DNA from: Terriglobia bacterium
GTDB lineage: Bacteria > Acidobacteriota > Terriglobia > JAJPHL01 > JAPKYU01
Direction: 5' to 3'
Length of the DNA: 64,000 bases
Assembly: GCA_965206645.1 (NCBI GenBank)
Contig: CBDBKE010000004.1
Location: 960,001 to 1,024,000 of the forward strand
Part shown: piece after piece, positions 1 to 10,100 of the stretch
How the letters are laid out: each line of letters begins with the position of its first letter
Numbering within the stretch: position 1 is the first letter of the stretch
Translations under genes and position numbers: made by a program
Notes under the pieces: generated by a model
Seen by the model: the letters and a program-made list of their open reading frames with translations, nothing else
Told to the model about the DNA's origin: nothing
Databases searched by the model: none

Positions 1-402
1 GATGCAGAAGTTCTTGCGCCCCTTGGTCACGCTCATGTCCACTTGGGAGAACGGGGGGAGCATCAGCCCGCCCAGCGCGTCCTTTGACGTCGTCCCTGGG
101 CCTCGAAGCAATGGAACAAAACCTGATTGCGGGCATCGTACAGCGGGGCGAAGAAGGGCAATCCCTGGATGTGGTCCCAATGAAAGTGGGTCAGGAAGAC
201 CATCAGATGCTGGCCGTCGGGGGGAGTCTTCTCAGCCAGCCGCTTGCCCAGGCGGGTGATGCCGGTGCCGCAGTCCAGGATGATGGTGTGTTCCCTGCGG
301 AGTCTTGATCTCCACGCAGGGCGTGTTCCCGCCGTACTTAAAGGTGCGCGGATGGGGAGTCGGCATCGAACCCCGTACACCCCAAAAGGTCATCTGCATC
401 AT
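1..402 (-). pseudogene. MBL-fold metallo-hydrolase (PhnP/RNase Z-like), 5' part, two frame breaks; runs off window
   Basis: MQMTFWGVRGSMPTP...YGGNTPCVEI in one frame, IILDCGTG and THFHWDHIQGLPFF (HxHxDH) in another; frame breaks near 295 and 95; start overlaps the FHA gene stop (TGATG). Confidence 0.75.
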
Positions 403-1157
403 CAGGATCGTAATCCGCCCCCTGGCGCAAGCATAGTGAACTGCAGCTTGACGCCGGCGACTTCGATCAGGTCGCCTTCCCGCAGATCCTGCGGACCGGC
501 CAGCGGCTGGCCATTGATCCTGGCCCTGCGCCTGCCCCTGCCCGAGGGAGCGATCTGGTAGCTGGCCTCACCCTTGTTGATGACTGCGGCGACATCGGGA
601 GCGAACCAGCCCTTCAGCTTGACCGAGGCCAGGGGCGATTTGCCGATCAAAGTCAGCTTGCTAGTCAGGCTGTATTCCATCTGGTCGGTGTTGCCCCCCA
701 CGACAATGAGGGTGCCCACCTTCGCGGGGCCTGGCGAGAACCGGCTCTCGGCCACCCTGGCCTTTTGGAGCAGCTCCCGTTGTTTTTGTGTGTCGAGCAC
801 GACGGTCTCTTCCAGCTGGGGAAGGGCTTTGGGCTGTTCAGTGCGGATCTGCATGGTAGGCATTGCCCCGCCCTCGTCCTGGTAGGCCAGGGTATGCTTT
901 CCGATCGAGACCTCATCCCCGTTCTTGAGGAACGCGCTGCGGACGGGCGGTTGATTGACGAAGGTGCCGTTCAAGCTGTTCAGATCTTCCAACTTGAATT
1001 TTTCGTCATCGAAAGAGACGCGGGCGTGGTGGGTGCTGACCGCCGGGTTGTCAATGACCACATCGTTGTCGGGAGTTCGACCGATAGTGATAATGGGCCG
1101 CGTTAGCGGGATTTCTTGGAACACCTTGGCCTCGCACTTCAGAATCAGCTTCGCCAT
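402..1157 (-). CDS. Double FHA-domain protein
   Basis: IGRTPDNDVVIDNPAVSTHHA...DLNSLNGTFVN FHA motifs; second degenerate FHA (LIGKS...RINGQ...GDLIEV). Confidence 0.9.
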   Translation of the reverse strand: MAKLILKCEAKVFQEIPLTRPIITIGRTPDNDVVIDNPAVSTHHARVSFDDEKFKLEDLNSLNGTFVNQPPVRSAFLKNGDEVSIGKHTLAYQDEGGAMPTMQIRTEQPKALPQLEETVVLDTQKQRELLQKARVAESRFSPGPAKVGTLIVVGGNTDQMEYSLTSKLTLIGKSPLASVKLKGWFAPDVAAVINKGEASYQIAPSGRGRRRARINGQPLAGPQDLREGDLIEVAGVKLQFTMLAPGGGLRS

Positions 1158-1425
1158 GCCCTTCGGCTGCTCGCCCGCGGGAATCCGGAGCCGTTCTACG
1201 CTTCCAACCCCTGCGTGCCCCTATTTTTTCCCATCTCTTAGCTTGATGCAACCCGCCTCTGTGTCATCGCCGTTAACAAGGGAAGCACTGGTGTTTCTTG
1301 ATTCGGTTCTCGGGCATCAAGTCCGTGGTCCCAGCGAGGCCCCTCGCCCCTGTGTGAAAACCATCTGTTTCCGGCACATCATCAAGCGCCACAGCCGGTC
1401 CAACAGAATTAGTCGTCTGCGAGGG

Positions 1426-1809
1426 TCAGCGAAGAGGGATTTTTGGCACGCCCTTGAATCGCCCGGCGTATGGTCCCGACCCAACCCCCATCTCGTCCAC
1501 GATGGAGCGCCAGGAGTGGCCCTGTTCACGAAGAGCGGCCACTCTGGAAGCATCCACGACGGCACGTGGCCTGCCCAGCCGTTTGCCCCTGGCTTTAGCA
1601 GCGGCGATGCCTGAGCGGATACGTTCCCGAATCAGTTCGCGCTCGAACTCGGCAATGCTGGCGAAGACGCCGAACACGAGCCGGCCGTTCGGGGTGCTGG
1701 TGTCTACGCCTTCGTGCAGGCTGATGAAGTCCACACCCAAGGCGCGGAATTCTTCCAGCGCGTTCACCAACCGGCGCAGGCTGCGGGCGAAGCGGTCGTA
1801 CCGCGGCAA
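1426..1809 (-). pseudogene. Serine resolvase/invertase, N-terminally truncated
   Basis: DRFARS, DTSTPNGRLVFGVFASIAEFERELIRERIRSG...GKRLGRP plus HTH; catalytic YxRVS N-terminus missing. Confidence 0.85.
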
Positions 1810-2155
1810 GCGTCCGGCGCGTGCGCGGACCCTCTACTTGACACCCAGCACGAAGTCTATCCTAGTGAGCAGGTTGGCGAGTGGCAGTCCCTGGCTTTTC
1901 CCGTCGCCGGGCAGGCACGGTCATGTTATGCACCTTCAGAGGACGCATGACCGCGTGTGCGAAAAGACCGGCCTGACTTTCCAGATATATGCTTGGCGTC
2001 ACACGTTCGCTACGAGGTTTGCGGAGAAAACGAAGGACTTGTCCACACTGTCTACTATCTTAGGCCACTTGCCCAGCGCAGGACTTCGCATGGTTCTGAA
2101 GTATGTGCATCCAACAGCCGAACAGCAGAAGCGGACAATGGTCGAATACGACTGA
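1802..2155 (+). pseudogene. Tyrosine integrase C-terminal remnant
   Basis: WLFPSP, YAWRHTFATR, ILGH, KYVHP motifs; no N-terminal part. Confidence 0.85.
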
Positions 2156-2361
2156 GACTAGGGTGGAGGCAGAAACACTCCAATGAACGAGGTATCGCGT
2201 TCGTACGGATTTTTGCCGACCTGTGGAAAAGGCCCCTAGTGGAATGAAAGGGATAGAAGGAGTTTGTAATACAGGGTCAGGGGGCCATAGGATTTCGTAA
2301 GTAATGTTTTATGTTTCATGTACGGGGAGTGGCGGAACCCATCAGCAAAGCACCTACAGTG

Positions 2362-3747
2362 CTACTGCTCCCTTTTCTTCACTTCGGCGGTGAGGCGGCC
2401 CCGAGCCAAGCGCACAGCTACTTCATCGCCGGGCTGCACCCGGCCTGCATCGCGAAGCAGGCGGCCGTCGGGGCCGTAGGCCAGCGCATAGCCGCGCTCC
2501 AGCACGTTGAGCGGGCTCAGGTCTCCCAACTGCGCCAGCAGCGATTGCAGGCGGGCGACGCGCCGATCCAGTTGCCGGCGCAGCGCGTGCTGCAGAGCGG
2601 CCGCGGCGGCGGCCGTCCGGGCGCGGTCACTCTCCAGCCGCCGCCTGACCTCCAGGCGGCTCAGGCGTCCCTCCACGGCTTGCAGACGCCGCAGTCGGTC
2701 ACCAACCTGGCCACGGGCTAGCTCCGTCAGCCGGTAGGCTAGCTCGTCGGTGCGTTGCATCTGGAGCCGGACCAGGCGGGGGACGCTCTCGAAAGCGCGA
2801 TGGCGCGCCAGTTCCCCCAAGCGGTGCCGGAGACCCAGCAGGCGGAAGGCGACGCGCTCGCGCAAGCTTTGCTGGAACATCGCGATGCGTTCAACCAGTT
2901 GCGATTTGGTCTGGACCACCAGCTCAGCGGCAGCCGAAGGAGTGGGCGCGCGGAGGTCCGCTACAAAATCCGCAATGGTGACGTCGGTCTCGTGTCCCAC
3001 CGCCGAGATCACCGGGACTCGGGACTGGGCAATCGCCCGCGCCACCTGTTCTTCGTTGAACGCCCAGAGGTCTTCGAGCGAGCCGCCGCCGCGGGCCAGA
3101 ATCAGCACGTCCACCGGGGCGCGCACCTGGCGCTTGGGTGGCAGGTTGAAGTAGTGGAGGGCTTCCACAATTTCGCCGGCAGCGGCCTCGCCCTGCACGC
3201 GCACCGAGTAGAGCAGCAGGTGGAGGTTCTCGAAGCGACGCCGCAGGATGCGCAGCATGTCGGCGATCACCGCGCCCCGCGGCGAGGTGATCAGCCCGAT
3301 GCGCTGGGGCAGCATCGGCAGCGGCTTCTTCCGCGCCGCGTCGAACAGGCCCTCGGCTGCCAGCTGTGCTTTAAGTTGCTCGAAGGCCAGTTGCAACGCG
3401 CCGTAGCCGGCCGGCTCCAGGTATTCGACGATGAGCTGGTACTCGCCCCGCGGGTCGTACACGCTGACGCGGCCTCGCGCGGTCACGGCCAGCCCGTTCT
3501 TCGGCTTGAACTTCACCAGACGCAGCGCGTTCTTGAACAACACGGCCCGCAACTGCGCGCCATGGTCCTTCAGCGTGAAGTAAAAGTGACCGGAGGGGGC
3601 CGGCTTGCAGTTGGAGATCTCGCCCTGCACCCACACCTCGCCGAATTCGCCTTCCAGCAGCTCCCGGATCCGCGCCGTCAGGTCCGTAACCGTGTAGACG
3701 GTCCGCTCCGGAATCCGCTTCCAATCCAGGACCAGTTGCTCAGCCAT
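2362..3747 (-). CDS. xseA: Exodeoxyribonuclease VII large subunit
   Basis: VWVQGEISN, SGHFYFTLKD, ARGGGSLEDLWAFNEE, SAVGHETD, RAPTPSAAAE. Confidence 0.97.
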   Translation of the reverse strand: MAEQLVLDWKRIPERTVYTVTDLTARIRELLEGEFGEVWVQGEISNCKPAPSGHFYFTLKDHGAQLRAVLFKNALRLVKFKPKNGLAVTARGRVSVYDPRGEYQLIVEYLEPAGYGALQLAFEQLKAQLAAEGLFDAARKKPLPMLPQRIGLITSPRGAVIADMLRILRRRFENLHLLLYSVRVQGEAAAGEIVEALHYFNLPPKRQVRAPVDVLILARGGGSLEDLWAFNEEQVARAIAQSRVPVISAVGHETDVTIADFVADLRAPTPSAAAELVVQTKSQLVERIAMFQQSLRERVAFRLLGLRHRLGELARHRAFESVPRLVRLQMQRTDELAYRLTELARGQVGDRLRRLQAVEGRLSRLEVRRRLESDRARTAAAAAALQHALRRQLDRRVARLQSLLAQLGDLSPLNVLERGYALAYGPDGRLLRDAGRVQPGDEVAVRLARGRLTAEVKKREQ

Positions 3748-3756
3748 TCATGAAAT

Positions 3757-4199
3757 TCAATCCGCAGATTTCGCAGATTTCACAGATTTTGAAAGAACAA
3801 GGCGTCGGTGCTCTAGCGATTGTGCACCGAAATTCAGGAGCAAACCGAGTTCGAAGCCCGTCGTCTTGAGATAATTTATCAGTGGGCCTCTTCTGTGCTG
3901 CTCAGATGAGAAAGCGCTTTCAGCTCAACAATAATGGAATCGAAACACACAAAATCGGCCCGGTAGGTCGTATTTAATCGATGGCCCTTGTAGATGACCG
4001 GAAGCTCAACCTGACAACGATGCGGCACTCCACGAGCGCCGAGTTCGACGGTGAGTGCTTCCTGGTAGACCGCTTCCAAGAAGCCATGCCCCAGTTCCCG
4101 ATGCACATCCATCGCCGCGCCGATGATGGCATATGTCCTTGGGTCTCCCTTGTCTTTCTGCGAAATCTGCGTAATCTGCGGATTTTTCAAAGAGGACAT
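3757..4199 (-). pseudogene. GxxExxY protein (PD-(D/E)XK nuclease family), 1-nt frame break near 3881
   Basis: [34 protein letters not shown]; C-terminus INYLKTTGFELGLLLNFG continues in the shifted frame to TGA at 3757-3759. Confidence 0.9.
3759..4184. repeat. 28-bp inverted repeat pair (3759-3786 and 4157-4184) built of 9-bp units, enclosing the GxxExxY gene
   Basis: AATCCGCAGATTTCGCAGATTTCACAGA versus reverse complement AATCCGCAGATTACGCAGATTTCGCAGA, 26/28 identical. Confidence 0.9.
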
Positions 4200-4223
4200 T
4201 CGTCTCCGCCGTGCCGCCAGGAC

Positions 4224-4658
4224 CTATTGCGAGTCTCCATAGATTTCCAACGCGTTGAAGAAGTAGCCAATTTCGAAGCGTGCGGTCTCGGGGGCGTCGG
4301 AGCCGTGAATGACGTTGCGCTCGATTGAGGAGCCGTATAGCTTGCGGAGTGTGCCTTCGGCGGCCTGCGCCGGGTTGGTCGCTCCCATCACTTCGCGCAG
4401 CCGCCGGATGGCATCCTCGGCTTCGAGCATCATGACCACCACCCGGTCCTCGGTCATGAAGCGGGTGAGGCTGGAGAAAAACGGGCGCTGGCGGTGCACC
4501 GCGTAAAAGCCTTCGGCCTCGGGCAACGAAAGCCGCACCATCTTCATGGCCACGATCCGGAACTTCTCCTCCTCCAGGCGCTGGATGATGTCGCCGATGA
4601 GGCCACCGCCCACCGTATCCGGCTTTATGATGCTCAATGTGCGTTCAACGTTCGCCAT
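4224..4658 (-). CDS. ndk: Nucleoside-diphosphate kinase
   Basis: ERTLSIIKPD, MGATNP, NVIHGSD. Confidence 0.97.
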   Translation of the reverse strand: MANVERTLSIIKPDTVGGGLIGDIIQRLEEEKFRIVAMKMVRLSLPEAEGFYAVHRQRPFFSSLTRFMTEDRVVVMMLEAEDAIRRLREVMGATNPAQAAEGTLRKLYGSSIERNVIHGSDAPETARFEIGYFFNALEIYGDSQ

Positions 4659-4694
4659 CCTGCCTCACTTGAAAGCTTCAGAGTACAACTCGAC

Positions 4695-5585
4695 TCACTG
4701 AGCCATGGCGGAGCGCGCCCGTAGCGCGGCGGCGACCACTTCGCCGATTACTGCCGGCGTACTGGCCATCTGAATTCCTGCAGCATCCATCGCACGGATC
4801 TTTTCTGCGGCAGTGCCCTGCCCTCCGGCAATGATGGCTCCGGCATGCCCCATGCGCCGGCCGGGCGGCGCCGTCTGTCCGGCCACAAAGCCCACCACCG
4901 GCTTGGGGACGTGCTCCCGGATGAACGTCGCGGCGGTCTCTTCGGCATTGCCGCCGATTTCCCCGATCAGCACGATGGCCTCGGTTTCCGGGTCCTCATT
5001 GAATAACCGGACGGCATCCAGGAAGCTGGTCCCAATGATAGGGTCTCCCCCAATGCCGATGCAGGTGGACTGTCCGATGCCCAGCCCGCTGAGCTGGTGG
5101 ACTGCCTCGTAGGTCAGCGTGCCGCTGCGGGAGACCACACCCACGCCGCCCGGCTTGTGGATGTGCCCGGGCATGATGCCGATCTTGCATTTGCCCGGTG
5201 AAATGATGCCGGGGCAGTTGGGGCCAATCAGCCGGGTGGCGCGCTTTTCCAAGAAGGCGCGGACGCGAACCATGTCCAGCGTCGGGATGCCTTCGGTAAT
5301 GCAGACCACCAGCGGCAGCCCGGCATCGCCTGCTTCCAGGATGGCGTCGGCGGCGTAGGACGCAGGAACAAAAATCACCGAGGCATTGGCGCCTGTTTGC
5401 CGCGCCGCTTCGGCCACCGTGTGAAAGACCGGAACACCCTCGTGCCTGGTTCCTCCCTTGCCGGGAGTCACGCCGCCAACGACCTTGGTTCCGTAAGCTA
5501 TGGCCTGCTGGGTGTGGAAGGTACCCTCGCGCCCGGTCAGCCCCTGGACCAGCAACCGTGTGTTTTCGTCCACCAAGATGCTCAT
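4695..5585 (-). CDS. sucD: Succinyl-CoA synthetase alpha subunit
   Basis: [31 protein letters not shown]. Confidence 0.98.
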   Translation of the reverse strand: MSILVDENTRLLVQGLTGREGTFHTQQAIAYGTKVVGGVTPGKGGTRHEGVPVFHTVAEAARQTGANASVIFVPASYAADAILEAGDAGLPLVVCITEGIPTLDMVRVRAFLEKRATRLIGPNCPGIISPGKCKIGIMPGHIHKPGGVGVVSRSGTLTYEAVHQLSGLGIGQSTCIGIGGDPIIGTSFLDAVRLFNEDPETEAIVLIGEIGGNAEETAATFIREHVPKPVVGFVAGQTAPPGRRMGHAGAIIAGGQGTAAEKIRAMDAAGIQMASTPAVIGEVVAAALRARSAMAQ

Positions 5586-5631
5586 GCTTTAGTCCAAAGC
5601 CCAGGTTCAACTCGGCCCGCGCCCGGCTTGG

Positions 5632-6825
5632 CTACCGACCCGCGGCCAAGGCTACGACTTTCCCTGCCGCGTCTTTCATATCGTCGGCCACTGTGAAGTT
5701 CAAGCCAGACTCGCGCAGGATGGTGCGGCCTTGCTCGACGTTGGTGCCTTCCAACCGCACCACTACCGGCACCTGAACGGCCGTCGCCTTTGCCGCCTCC
5801 ACCACGCCCCGTGCCAGCCGGTCGCACCGTAGAATGCCGCCGAAGATGTTGATGAGTACAGCCCGTACATTCTGGTCCGATAGCAGAATCTTAGACGCGT
5901 GCGTCACCTGCTCGGCGCTCGCCCCACCTCCCACGTCCAGGAAATTTGCCGGGCTGCCACCGGCGTACTGGATGATATCCATGGTGGCCATGGCCAACCC
6001 CGCCCCGTTGACCATGCAGCCCACGTTGCCGTCCAGCTTGATGTAGCTCAGCCCGTAGCGGCCAGCTTCAATCTCCAGCGGCTCTTCCTCGTTCAGGTCA
6101 CGCAGGAGCAGGAACTCTTTGTGCCGATGGAGCGCGTTGTCGTCGAAATTAATCTTGGCGTCCAGCGCCACCAGCCGCTCGTCCTCGTTCCCGTCGTTAC
6201 TGGTTACAATCGGGCCGGTCACAATCAGAGGGTTGATTTCGGCCAGAGAAGCATCCATCTCCAGGAAGGCGCGCGCCAGGGCATCCATCAGTTCCACTGC
6301 CTGGCGATGCAAGCCTTCCGGCAACTCCAGGCCAAACGTCAGCTTGCGGGCCTGAAACGGCTGCAGACCCAGGCCCACATCAACGGGCTCCAGCAAGATC
6401 CGTTCTGGTGTTTTGGCTGCCACTTCCTCAATTTCCACCCCGCCGGCCGAACTGGCCATGAAGACCGGGCAAGCGCGCGCGCGGTCCACCGCCACACCCA
6501 GATACAGTTCGCTTTGGACAGGCAGGGATTCTTCCACCAGTACGCGCCGCACCTCCTGGCCCTCGGGACCGGTCTGGTGCGTCACCAGCTTCCTGCCTAG
6601 CATGCCCGCGGCGATTTCCCGGGTCTCCGCGACACTCGAGGCCAGCTTGACACCGCCGCCTTTCCCTCGCCCGCCGGCGTGAATCTGCGCCTTGACCACC
6701 ACCGGTCCGCCCAGTCGCTGAGCGATTTCTCCGGCCTGCTGAACTGATTCCGCTACCTCGCCGCGAGGCACCGGAACATCAAAGCGTCTGAGGAGTTCTT
6801 TGGCTTGATATTCGTGAATCTTCAC
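5632..6825 (-). CDS. sucC: Succinyl-CoA synthetase beta subunit
   Basis: GTG start VKIHEYQAK; [14 protein letters not shown]; [11 protein letters not shown]; NIFGGI. Confidence 0.97.
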   Translation of the reverse strand: MKIHEYQAKELLRRFDVPVPRGEVAESVQQAGEIAQRLGGPVVVKAQIHAGGRGKGGGVKLASSVAETREIAAGMLGRKLVTHQTGPEGQEVRRVLVEESLPVQSELYLGVAVDRARACPVFMASSAGGVEIEEVAAKTPERILLEPVDVGLGLQPFQARKLTFGLELPEGLHRQAVELMDALARAFLEMDASLAEINPLIVTGPIVTSNDGNEDERLVALDAKINFDDNALHRHKEFLLLRDLNEEEPLEIEAGRYGLSYIKLDGNVGCMVNGAGLAMATMDIIQYAGGSPANFLDVGGGASAEQVTHASKILLSDQNVRAVLINIFGGILRCDRLARGVVEAAKATAVQVPVVVRLEGTNVEQGRTILRESGLNFTVADDMKDAAGKVVALAAGR

Positions 6826-6837
6826 GGCTTCAGGGTC

Positions 6838-6876
6838 TGCTATATAATGACGAGCGGAGATCGAGCAGTATAGCAC
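6838..6876. promoter_or_regulatory. Face-to-face -10 elements for trpD (+) and sucC (-)
   Basis: TATAAT at 6843-6848 on +; TGcTATACT on - at about 6867-6875. Confidence 0.55.
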
Positions 6877-6893
6877 AGGGCTTCTTTCCGACC

Positions 6894-7961
6894 ATGAAGC
6901 TGCTGGAAGCGTTGCACCGAATCGTCCACCGCAAGGCAGGCCTGACTCGCGGGGAAGCTCGCGAGGTGATGGAAGAGGTGCTGGAGGGCAAAGCTACCGA
7001 CGCGCAGATCGCCGCCTTCGTCACCGCCTTGACCATGAAGGGAGAAACGGTGGAGGAGTTGGTCGGCTTTGCACTGGCCATCCGCGCGCGGGCGGCTCCC
7101 TTGGGCGGCGCAGGAGCCGAAGAGTACATGGCAGGCACCGAGCGGGACGCGCTGGTGGACACCTGCGGCACGGGTGGAGACGCCAGCGGCACCTTCAACA
7201 TTTCCACCGCCACTGCGTTGACAGTGGCCGGCGCGGGCGTGCGAGTCGCCAAACATGGCAACCGGTCGGTCACCAGCCGCTGCGGCAGCGCCGACGTCGT
7301 GGAGCAGTTGGGAGTGAACATTGGCTTGCCGCCCGCCCGCATGAGAGAAGCCATCCGCACGGTCGGCATCGGGTTTCTGTTCGCCCCGGCGGTCCACACA
7401 GCAATGAAGTATGCTGCGCCTGCCCGGAAGCAGTTGCAGTTGCGAACGGTCTTCAACATGCTGGGCCCGCTGACGAACCCCGCCGGGGCCACTGTCCAGA
7501 TCGTCGGAGTCTACGAGAAGGCGGTGGTGCGCAAGGTAGCCAGCGCGCTGCGGGAGCTAGGGTTACGTCGCGGCTTCGTGGTGCACGGCGATGACGGCCT
7601 GGACGAGATCACCACCACCACCCGCACGCTGGTCGCCGAAGTTTCTGATACAGGAGTGGAAACCTACTGGCTGGCGCCTGAGGATTTTGGGGTATCACGC
7701 GCTCGGCCGGAGGACTTGACGGGCGGAGACGCGCAGGAAAATGCACGCCTTGTGCACCAGGTTCTGGAGGGGGAGGCCGGACCACACCGGGACGTGGTGC
7801 TGGTGAACGCCGCCGCCGCCCTGGTTGCCGCCGGGCGCGGTGAAAATTTCTCCCAGGGGATGCAGCTGGCTCACCAGTCGCTCGATTCCGGGGCCGCCTT
7901 GGCCAAGCTTAAGGCCCTGGTCGAATTCAGCCAGCAGTCAGCGGTCGGTACCGGGCAATAG
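6894..7961 (+). CDS. trpD: Anthranilate phosphoribosyltransferase
   Basis: [32 protein letters not shown]. Confidence 0.97.
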   Translation: MKLLEALHRIVHRKAGLTRGEAREVMEEVLEGKATDAQIAAFVTALTMKGETVEELVGFALAIRARAAPLGGAGAEEYMAGTERDALVDTCGTGGDASGTFNISTATALTVAGAGVRVAKHGNRSVTSRCGSADVVEQLGVNIGLPPARMREAIRTVGIGFLFAPAVHTAMKYAAPARKQLQLRTVFNMLGPLTNPAGATVQIVGVYEKAVVRKVASALRELGLRRGFVVHGDDGLDEITTTTRTLVAEVSDTGVETYWLAPEDFGVSRARPEDLTGGDAQENARLVHQVLEGEAGPHRDVVLVNAAAALVAAGRGENFSQGMQLAHQSLDSGAALAKLKALVEFSQQSAVGTGQ

Positions 7962-8013
7962 GCAAGAAGGGACTCATCCCTAGCGGAAATTACCCGGTAG
8001 CCCGAAACAAACT

Positions 8014-8586
8014 TCACTCCCCTACAGGTTCAAGGAAATTGCGCAGCAGTTGCTTGCCGACGTCCGTCAGGATGGATTCGGGGTGGAACTGCACGCCTTC
8101 GACCGGGAAGCGGCGGTGGCGCAGGCCCATGATGAGTCCGTCCGGGGTGGTGGCGGAGACCTCCAGTTCTTCGGGGAGATTGTCCTTCTCCACGATCAGC
8201 GAGTGATAGCGGGTGGCGGCGAAATCCTGGGGCAGGCCGCGAAAAACGGTGCGGCCGTCGTGGTGGATCCGGCTGAGCTTGCCGTGCATTAGGTAGGGCG
8301 CCCGGACGACTTTTCCCCCAAAGGCCTCACCGATTGCCTGATGCCCCAGGCAGACCCCGAGCACCGGCTTCTTTCCCGCGAAGTGGCGGACTAGCTCAAT
8401 GCTGATGCCGGCTTCCCGCGGCGTGCAGGGTCCAGGGGAAATGACGATCCGCTCCGGGTTCATCCGCTCGATCTCACCTACGGTCACTTGATCATTGCGG
8501 TGTACCGCGAGCTGCTGGCCTAATTCGCCCAAGTATTGCACCAGGTTGTAGGTGAACGAATCGTAGTTATCGAGCACGAAGATCAT
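8014..8586 (-). CDS. trpG: Anthranilate/aminodeoxychorismate synthase component II (glutamine amidotransferase)
   Basis: [36 protein letters not shown]. Confidence 0.95.
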   Translation of the reverse strand: MIFVLDNYDSFTYNLVQYLGELGQQLAVHRNDQVTVGEIERMNPERIVISPGPCTPREAGISIELVRHFAGKKPVLGVCLGHQAIGEAFGGKVVRAPYLMHGKLSRIHHDGRTVFRGLPQDFAATRYHSLIVEKDNLPEELEVSATTPDGLIMGLRHRRFPVEGVQFHPESILTDVGKQLLRNFLEPVGE

Positions 8587-8627
8587 CGAATCCTGGCCCC
8601 AAGTCTTCAGTTTACAGTTTCAAACCG

Positions 8628-10100
8628 CTACAGTCCGGCGTGGGCGATTTCGATGGCATTCAACAAGGCGCGGCCCTTACTCATGCACTCCTCGTATTCG
8701 CGCGCCGGTGAGGAGTCGGCCACAATGCCGGCGCCCACCTGAATGTAAGCGTTGCCACGACGGACCACCATGGTGCGAATCGCGATGCAGGAGTTCAGGT
8801 TGCCGGAGAAATCCAGGTAGAACACGCTGCCGGAGTAAATGCCGCGGTGGGTTGGCTCCAGCTCGCGGATAATTTCCATGGCGCGCACCTTGGGCGCGCC
8901 GGACACGGTTCCGGCTGGAAAACAAGCGGCCACCGCGTCGTACATATCCAGCTCCGGTCGCAGGGTCCCGCGGATGCTGGAGACCAAGTGCATGACGTGG
9001 GAGTAGCGCTCGACGAGCATCAGGTCGGTCACCTGGACGGAGCCGAATTCGCACACCCGGCCCAGGTCATTGCGGCCCAGATCCACCAGCATAATGTGCT
9101 CGGCACGCTCTTTCTCGTCGTGTGTCATCTCCTGCTCCAGCGAGCGGTCTTCCTCCTCGTTGGCCCCCCGACGACGGGTTCCGGCAATGGGCCGGTATTC
9201 GACCGAGCGCCCCTGTACCTTCACCAGCATCTCCGGCGAGGAACCCAGAACCGTGTCGCCTCCGAGGTTGAGGAAAAACATGTAGGGCGAGGGATTCACC
9301 ATGCGCAGGGCGCGGTAGATCGAGAACGGCGCCTTCGAAATGCGAACCTGCATGCGCAGTGAAAGGACCACCTGAAAGATGTCGCCGGCGCTGATGTACT
9401 CTTTGGCTCGTTCCACTGCACGCTCAAAGTCTGGCCGGGAGAACTTGGATCGGACGCGCAGCGGTTTCCGGCTGCGCGTTTCCCTTACGGGTCGCGCTGT
9501 ACCGGCCAGCCGCTTTTCCATCCGCTCGATCTCCTTCTGGGCGGCGCGGTAGCGGCTCTCCGCGTCGTGCTGTCCCTGGTCCAGGAAGACGTTGGCGATG
9601 ATCAGAATTTGGTGCTTGACGTGGTCAAACACCAACAATTTGGAAAAGAACATCAACAGAGCGTCGGGCAAGCCAACGTCATCGCGAGGGGGCGGCGGCA
9701 AGCGCTCGAACTGGCGGACCAGGTCGTAGCCGAAATACCCCACCGCGCCCCCAGCGAACGGTGGGAGTCCGGGCACTGCCACCGGCCGATACCGGGAGGT
9801 GATCTCGCGCAACAGATCGAGTAGGCGGCCCCGGCGGCTGCGAGCGCCCCGGCTCTCCAGCTCGACCCGTTCACCCCGGGCACGCAGCACTAAGTACGGG
9901 TCCGTGCCAAGGAAGGTGTAGCGGCCGACCCGTTCGCCTCCTTCCACGCTTTCCAGCAAGAAGGAATAGCGGCAGCCGCGCGACAGGCGCAGGTAGGCCG
10001 ACACCGGCGTGAGCGTGTCCGCCAGCACCGCCTTGTAGACGGGAATGATGTTGCCGCGCTGCGCGCATTCCAGGAAGGTTTTCAGATCGGGCGTCACCAC
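8628..10100 (-). CDS. trpE: Anthranilate synthase component I
   Basis: LLESVEGG, NPSPYM, PIAGTR, EHIMLVDLGRND, GTVSGAPK; start overlaps aroE stop (approximate). Confidence 0.95.
   Translation of the reverse strand: MVTPDLKTFLECAQRGNIIPVYKAVLADTLTPVSAYLRLSRGCRYSFLLESVEGGERVGRYTFLGTDPYLVLRARGERVELESRGARSRRGRLLDLLREITSRYRPVAVPGLPPFAGGAVGYFGYDLVRQFERLPPPPRDDVGLPDALLMFFSKLLVFDHVKHQILIIANVFLDQGQHDAESRYRAAQKEIERMEKRLAGTARPVRETRSRKPLRVRSKFSRPDFERAVERAKEYISAGDIFQVVLSLRMQVRISKAPFSIYRALRMVNPSPYMFFLNLGGDTVLGSSPEMLVKVQGRSVEYRPIAGTRRRGANEEEDRSLEQEMTHDEKERAEHIMLVDLGRNDLGRVCEFGSVQVTDLMLVERYSHVMHLVSSIRGTLRPELDMYDAVAACFPAGTVSGAPKVRAMEIIRELEPTHRGIYSGSVFYLDFSGNLNSCIAIRTMVVRRGNAYIQVGAGIVADSSPAREYEECMSKGRALLNAIEIAHAGL

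Noticed and set aside
1454-1800. Plus-strand ORF suggesting a 233-aa integrase
   Set aside because: Its first half is the antisense of the resolvase remnant; integrase motifs start only near 1802.
2325-2340. TGGCGGA resembling a reversed tRNA 3' end (att remnant)
   Set aside because: Match is too short to distinguish from chance.
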